Origin: Microcystaceae cyanobacterium
Lineage (GTDB): Bacteria > Cyanobacteriota > Cyanobacteriia > Cyanobacteriales > Microcystaceae
Direction of reading: 5' to 3'
NCBI GenBank assembly: GCA_041746575.1
Contig: JBGTGT010000031.1
Location: 1-11,701 of the forward strand
Length of the DNA: 11,701 nucleotides
In this document: positions 7,539-11,701 of the stretch, piece after piece
How positions within the stretch are numbered: position 1 is the stretch's first letter
How the letters are laid out: every line of letters begins with the position of its first letter
Notes under the pieces: generated by a model
What the model was told of the DNA's origin: nothing
Database searches by the model: none
The model's input: only the letters and a program-made list of their open reading frames with translations
Translations under genes and position numbers: made by a program

Positions 7539-8333
7539 ATGAGTGCTAGACCCGTTTCCCGATTAATTGCTTTATTAACTGATTTTGGCTTGCAAGATGG
7601 CTATGTTGGCATCATGAAAGGTGTCATCGCTCAAATAAATTCCCAATCTCCGATTATTGATATCACCCATCAAATTTTGCCCCAAGATATCTCTGCCGGA
7701 CAATTTTGTCTCATGAACGCCTATCCTTATTTTCCCCCAGAGACGGTTTATATCAGTGTTATTGATCCCGGTGTGGGTAGTAAACGACGAGCTATAGCCG
7801 TACAATTTCCCAGAGGGTACTATGTCGGCCCCGATAACGGGTTAGTCAGTGGGATTTTTCACAGAGAAAAAGCGATCGCGGCAGTAGAATTGACGAATCC
7901 CAACTATTGGCGAGTTTCCCATCCCAGTCTGACCTTTCAGGGACGAGATATTTTTGCCCCCGTTGGGGCTTATTTAGCGACAGGCGTTCAACTGAAAAAG
8001 TTAGGTAATACACTGCCCATCGAGCAGTTAATTCAATTCCCTTTATCTCCTCTACAACAAACAGAAACCGAGATCATTGGAGCCATTCAATATATTGATC
8101 ATTTTGGTAATTTAATTGCAAATATCCCCCAAGAAAACATTCCTTTTGTCCCTTGGCAAGTCCAAATTAAGAACAGCTTAATTCCCCTTGGAAAAACCTA
8201 TGCAACCGTTAATCAAGGAGAACTAATTGCCTTTATTGGTAGTCATGGATGGTTAGAAATTGCCGTTAATCGAGGCAACGCCCAAGACAAATTAGGGGTT
8301 ACAATAGGGGATAACGTCATCATTCATCTATGA
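7539..8333 (+). CDS. SAM hydroxide adenosyltransferase / SAM-dependent halogenase family protein (DUF62)
   Basis: IALLTDFG..DGYVGIMKGVI, IDITH, VIDPGVGSKRR, VGPDNG, TFQGRDIFAP, IDHFGN, GSHGWLEIAVNRGNA. Start is ATG 7539 or GTG 7530. Confidence 0.92.
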   Translation: MSARPVSRLIALLTDFGLQDGYVGIMKGVIAQINSQSPIIDITHQILPQDISAGQFCLMNAYPYFPPETVYISVIDPGVGSKRRAIAVQFPRGYYVGPDNGLVSGIFHREKAIAAVELTNPNYWRVSHPSLTFQGRDIFAPVGAYLATGVQLKKLGNTLPIEQLIQFPLSPLQQTETEIIGAIQYIDHFGNLIANIPQENIPFVPWQVQIKNSLIPLGKTYATVNQGELIAFIGSHGWLEIAVNRGNAQDKLGVTIGDNVIIHL

Positions 8334-8432
8334 CACTCCAACGTGCTTCTAGCCCGGGGATTCTTCCAGCTAAAGGCGATCGCCTAGATTCACACTCATC
8401 AGACTGTGAAGCCTTAGATGGGAGCGTTACAA
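8330..8432 (-). mobile_element. Orphan IS200/IS605-family right end (tnpB 3'/omegaRNA-like remnant)
   Basis: Minus strand ends AAGAATCCCCGGGCTAGAAGCACGTTGGAGTGTCA(T), matching the AAGAATCCC-hairpin-GGAGTGTCAA right end of cyanobacterial IS605 elements, with a degenerate hairpin. It is preceded by about 65 nt starting GTAACGCTCCC. No tnpA or tnpB ORF. The inner boundary is approximate. Confidence 0.6.
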
Positions 8433-8597
8433 ATCGAATGGCACAAAATGGCAAAATCTTTTTCAACTAATAAGGTAATAATTTATGAATTAGGGGCATC
8501 GATAGCAAAACATAATCCATTTTTATTGCAGACCCGAACCTTAAAAAATTAAGCTGTCGTCCCGTTTTTTCACCCTATTTCAACCTCCGTTTTAACC

Positions 8598-10967
8598 ATG
8601 GCACAAAATGATTCAGTTCAACGGCAAATTCTGCCTATCCCTGACCAAACTCGCTTTGGTCTGACTACTTATGATGCCAAAAACCCAGACACCCACTATC
8701 CCCCGATTCGTGATCTGCGTCCGCCAGCCGGTGCGCCCAATGTGCTAATTGTGTTACTCGACGACGCAGGCTTTGGTTCTAATAGTGCCTTCGGGGGACC
8801 TTGCCACACCCCAACTTTTGAGAAACTGGCGGCAGAGGGACTAAAATACATTCGCTTTCACACTACCGCCCTCTGTGCCCCCACCCGGCAAGCCATGCTG
8901 ACCGGACGAAACCACCACTCCGTGGGCATGGGCAATATTACCGAAACCGCTACCGCCGCCCCCGGACAATGCTCAGTGCGCCCTAACAACAAAGCGCCCA
9001 TCGGCTTGACTCTGAAGCTTAATGGCTACTCGACCGCTTATTTTGGCAAGTGTCACGAAGTTCCCGTTTGGCAAACTTCACCGATGGGACCGTTTGATGC
9101 TTGGCCCACAGGTGGCAGTGGCTTCGAGTACTTCTACGGCTTTATCGGTGGCGAAAACAATCAGTGGGACCCCGCCCTGTACGAAGGCACGATTCCTATT
9201 GAACCCCCTAAAACGCCAGAGGAAGGCTACCACCTGACCGAAGACCTAGCAGATAAGGCGATCGCCTGGGTCAGTCAGCAGAAAGCCCTCATGCCCGATA
9301 AACCCTTCTTCATGTACTTCGCCCCCGGTGCCACCCACGCCCCCCATCACGTGCCGAAGGAGTGGATCGAAAAATATAAAGGCAAGTTTGCCCACGGCTG
9401 GGACAGGCAGCGGGAGATCACCTTTGCCAAGCAGAAAGAACTGGGGGTGATTCCCCCAGAAGCCGAACTCACTGCACGCCATGCCGAAATTCCCGCCTGG
9501 GATGACATGGACCCCAAATTGAAGCCCGTATTGGAACGAGAGATGGAAGTGTATGCCGCGTTTCTGGAACATACCGACTACCACATCGGGCGGGTGATCG
9601 AGGCGTTGGAGAATTTGGAGATCCTCGACGATACGCTCATTTATGTGATTACGGGCGACAACGGCGCGTCTGCTGAAGGCACACTCCAGGGCGCATTCAA
9701 CGAAATGGCCAACTTCAACGGCATGGCTTCTCTGGAAACCCCTGAGTTTCTGCTGTCAAAGCTGGATGACTTCGGTTCGCCAGAATCTTACAACCACTAT
9801 GCCGTGGGCTGGGCATGGGCGATGGACACCCCCTACCAGTGGACTAAGCAGGTTGCCTCTCACTGGGGTGGCACCCGCAACGGGACTATTGTCCGCTATC
9901 CCAAGGCGATTCAGGAGAAGGGCGGCATTCGCCACCAGTTCAGTCATGTGATTGATGTCGCGCCGACATTGTTGGAGGTCGCAGGCATTTCTGAGCCGAC
10001 GATGGTTAACGGCGTGCTGCAAAGCCCCTACGAAGGTACCAGTATGGTGTACAGCTTCAACGATGCCAGTGCTCTCGAACGGCACGACGTGCAGTACTTC
10101 GAGATGTTTGGCAATCGGGGCATCTACTACAAAGGCTGGAGCGCCATTACCAAGCACCGCACCCCTTGGGAGATGGTTGGTTATAAAATGCCGCCCTTTG
10201 ATGACGATGTGTGGGAATTATACGACGGCAGTAAAGATTGGTCGCAGACTCATAACCTTGCGGAACAGATGCCAGAGAAATTGCACGAACTCCAACGTCA
10301 ATTTCTGATCGAAGCGGTGAAGTACAACGTGCTGCCTTTGGACGATCGCCAGGCGGAGCGTGTGAACCCTGACATCGCTGGTCGTCCGACGTTGGTGAAG
10401 GGGGACTCGCAAATCTTCTTCCCTGGAATGGGTCGACTGTCGGAAAACAGCGTGGTCAATATCAAAAACAAGTCCTTCTCTATCACCGCCGAGATCGAGG
10501 TGAACGAACAACCCGCTAACGGAGTGATTATCGCCCAAGGGGGACGCTTCGGCGGCTGGAGCGTCTACGCCAAGGAGGGCAAGCTCAAGTTTACCTACAA
10601 CGTGCTGGGCATTCAGGAGTTTCCCACCGAAGCTACGGCATCCATTTCCCAGGGTAAGCACCAGGTGCGCATGGAATTTGCCTACGATGGCGGCGGTCTA
10701 GCTAAAGGTGGCGACGTCACTCTGTACTATGATGGTCAATCCGTTGGTACGGGGCGCGTTGAAGCAACCCAACCGATGATTTTTTCGGCAGATGAAACTA
10801 CCGACATCGGCTATGAATCGGGAACTCCCGTCAGCCCGGATTATACGAACCAAAGCAGCAAGTTTACTGGCAAAATCTACTGGGTGCAGCTCGACGTAGG
10901 TAAGGATAACCACGACCACTTAATTTCACCGGAAGAGCGGCTACGGGTAGCGATTGCAAGACAGTAG
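8598..10967 (+). CDS. Arylsulfatase (Cys-type, formylglycine-dependent) with a C-terminal ConA/LamG-like domain
   Basis: APNVLIVLLDDAGFG, signature LCAPTRQAMLTGRNHH (CxPxR, Cys codon 8874-8876), GYSTAYFGKCH, GATHAPHH, GDNGAS, WELYD. No evident signal peptide. Confidence 0.95.
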   Translation: MAQNDSVQRQILPIPDQTRFGLTTYDAKNPDTHYPPIRDLRPPAGAPNVLIVLLDDAGFGSNSAFGGPCHTPTFEKLAAEGLKYIRFHTTALCAPTRQAMLTGRNHHSVGMGNITETATAAPGQCSVRPNNKAPIGLTLKLNGYSTAYFGKCHEVPVWQTSPMGPFDAWPTGGSGFEYFYGFIGGENNQWDPALYEGTIPIEPPKTPEEGYHLTEDLADKAIAWVSQQKALMPDKPFFMYFAPGATHAPHHVPKEWIEKYKGKFAHGWDRQREITFAKQKELGVIPPEAELTARHAEIPAWDDMDPKLKPVLEREMEVYAAFLEHTDYHIGRVIEALENLEILDDTLIYVITGDNGASAEGTLQGAFNEMANFNGMASLETPEFLLSKLDDFGSPESYNHYAVGWAWAMDTPYQWTKQVASHWGGTRNGTIVRYPKAIQEKGGIRHQFSHVIDVAPTLLEVAGISEPTMVNGVLQSPYEGTSMVYSFNDASALERHDVQYFEMFGNRGIYYKGWSAITKHRTPWEMVGYKMPPFDDDVWELYDGSKDWSQTHNLAEQMPEKLHELQRQFLIEAVKYNVLPLDDRQAERVNPDIAGRPTLVKGDSQIFFPGMGRLSENSVVNIKNKSFSITAEIEVNEQPANGVIIAQGGRFGGWSVYAKEGKLKFTYNVLGIQEFPTEATASISQGKHQVRMEFAYDGGGLAKGGDVTLYYDGQSVGTGRVEATQPMIFSADETTDIGYESGTPVSPDYTNQSSKFTGKIYWVQLDVGKDNHDHLISPEERLRVAIARQ

Positions 10968-11060
10968 TGGTCTGTCAAGATAGTTTTGAGGGACTGGATA
11001 GGATAATTTTAGATTTTGGAGAATTATCCTATCCCTCATTTCAAAATTGACAGACCTGTA
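10965..11060. mobile_element. Palindromic MITE-like element flanked by TA
   Basis: GGTCTGTCAA (10969-10978) pairs with TTGACAGACC (11047-11056). Inner perfect 13-bp inverted repeat GGATAGGATAATT (10996-11008) / AATTATCCTATCC (11022-11034). TA at 10965-66 and 11059-60. Non-coding. Confidence 0.7.
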
Positions 11061-11061
11061 G

Positions 11062-11466
11062 GGCGATCGCTTGGGGAAGAATGAGGATTGGTTTGTTATC
11101 ACCGTATTTATTGGCAGTGGACTTTTATTTCTGGCTATGCTGTTCGTCTTGGCGGCAATAGCGGGGAGTATCGTTTGGCTCTCTGCCAACCTAACCAACG
11201 ATTTGCTAACGTCGGGCTATTACGATTTCGGCCGCACAATCGGCCATGAGATTTTTAATATCTATGCGCCCAAGATGGCAGGGGTATTTATGATTTCGAC
11301 CTCCACGCTCTTCATCCGTACCAAGACGATTCCTCGTTGGATGGCGTTGTTGGGCTATGGTTTAGCCTTACTTATGTTGCTAAGAATCAACCATATCGAC
11401 CGACTGGGTTGGGTTTCCCTAGCTTTTCCACTGTGGGTATTCCTGATTAGCATCAATATTCTATAG
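11062..11466 (+). pseudogene. Fragment of a multi-pass membrane protein, truncated at the 5' end and probably the 3' end
   Basis: Frame opens after an in-frame TAG (11059-61) as GDRLGKNEDWFVITVFIGSGLLFLAMLF, which reads like the middle of a membrane protein. Only a TTG start with no RBS. The stop TAG coincides with the IS630 terminus. Confidence 0.65.
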
Positions 11467-11701
11467 CAAGTCTAAATGAATTGAACAAAAGCATCGTACT
11501 TGGCGAAATTAGGAATCTTGAAAAGTTGGTAATCAAAGAAAAAGCGAAATAGCCTTTTGACGATTGAAAAGTTTCGACAAAGATAATGGAAACGTCGAAT
11601 CAAGTTTTTAACTTGTAGCCAAATAGCTTCAACCGGATTTTCTTCAGGGGCATAAGGAGGAAGTAAACAACCAGTAATTAACCCGTCTTCGGGAGGTTTA
11701 C
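11464..11701 (-). mobile_element. Right end of an IS630-family insertion sequence (continues off the right edge)
   Basis: TA target followed by GCAAGTCTAAATGAATTG, similar to cyanobacterial IS630 ends. The transposase stop lies inside this terminus. Confidence 0.8.
11472..11699 (-). CDS. IS630-family DDE transposase, C-terminal part (partial; not in ORF track)
   Basis: Manual translation: KPPEDGLITGCLLPPYAPEENPVEAIWLQVKNLIRRFHYLCRNFSIVKRLFRFFFDYQLFKIPNFAKYDAFVQFI*. LPPYAPEENPVEAIW is the IS630/Tc1 LPxYSPELNPIE motif containing the catalytic Glu. Confidence 0.9.
   Translation of the reverse strand, partial: KPPEDGLITGCLLPPYAPEENPVEAIWLQVKNLIRRFHYLCRNFSIVKRLFRFFFDYQLFKIPNFAKYDAFVQFI

Larger units (their letters stand above)
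2871..11070. repeat. HIP1 octamers GCGATCGC (7 dispersed copies)
   Basis: Found at 2871, 4292, 5705, 7872, 8376, 9258 and 11063, far above chance for an 8-mer in 11.7 kb. A cyanobacterial hallmark. Confidence 0.9.

Noticed and set aside
7575..7805. 76-aa minus-strand ORF
   Set aside because: Antisense shadow of the DUF62 gene.
7539..8333. Calling the DUF62 gene a true fluorinase or chlorinase
   Set aside because: It keeps the hydrolase-type DPGVG..RR and GRD motifs, and there is no halometabolite cluster nearby. Only the H->Q change is notable.
9022..10919. Eight overlapping ORFs on both strands inside the sulfatase
   Set aside because: Expected by-product of high-GC codon usage giving few off-frame stops. 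None has recognisable domains.
10941..11198. 85-aa minus-strand ORF
   Set aside because: Spans the membrane fragment, the MITE and the sulfatase end in antisense, so it is chimeric and not credible.
1..11701. CRISPR array, tRNA/rRNA, or a defence/retron-type operon
   Set aside because: I saw no regularly spaced repeats, structural RNA gene signatures, or cas, reverse transcriptase or nuclease genes.

Overview
Cyanobacterial DNA: seven HIP1 octamers (GCGATCGC) on an AT-rich backbone, bounded by two insertion-sequence ends (ISAs1-like on the left, IS630 on the right). Left to right: a hybrid PAS histidine kinase that appears decapitated by the ISAs1-like element and has a D->N pseudo-receiver; a REC-PAS(LOV-like, Cys->Pro)-PAS-GGEEF diguanylate cyclase; a DUF362 protein; a phasin-like protein; tyrA; a 68-aa membrane protein; DUF1818; a 53-aa pirA gene missed by the ORF track, with an NtcA box and terminator; a DUF62 SAM hydrolase/halogenase-family gene with a His->Gln change in its catalytic motif; an orphan IS200/IS605 (TnpB omegaRNA-like) right end; a GC-rich, probably horizontally acquired arylsulfatase; a palindromic MITE; and a membrane-protein fragment cut at a HIP1 site on one side and by IS630 on the other. 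Family assignments come from motif recall, not database searches. I cannot show a complete novel multi-gene system. The best leads are the orphan omegaRNA-like end, the Cys-less LOV cyclase beside the remodelled kinase, and the variant DUF62 enzyme.
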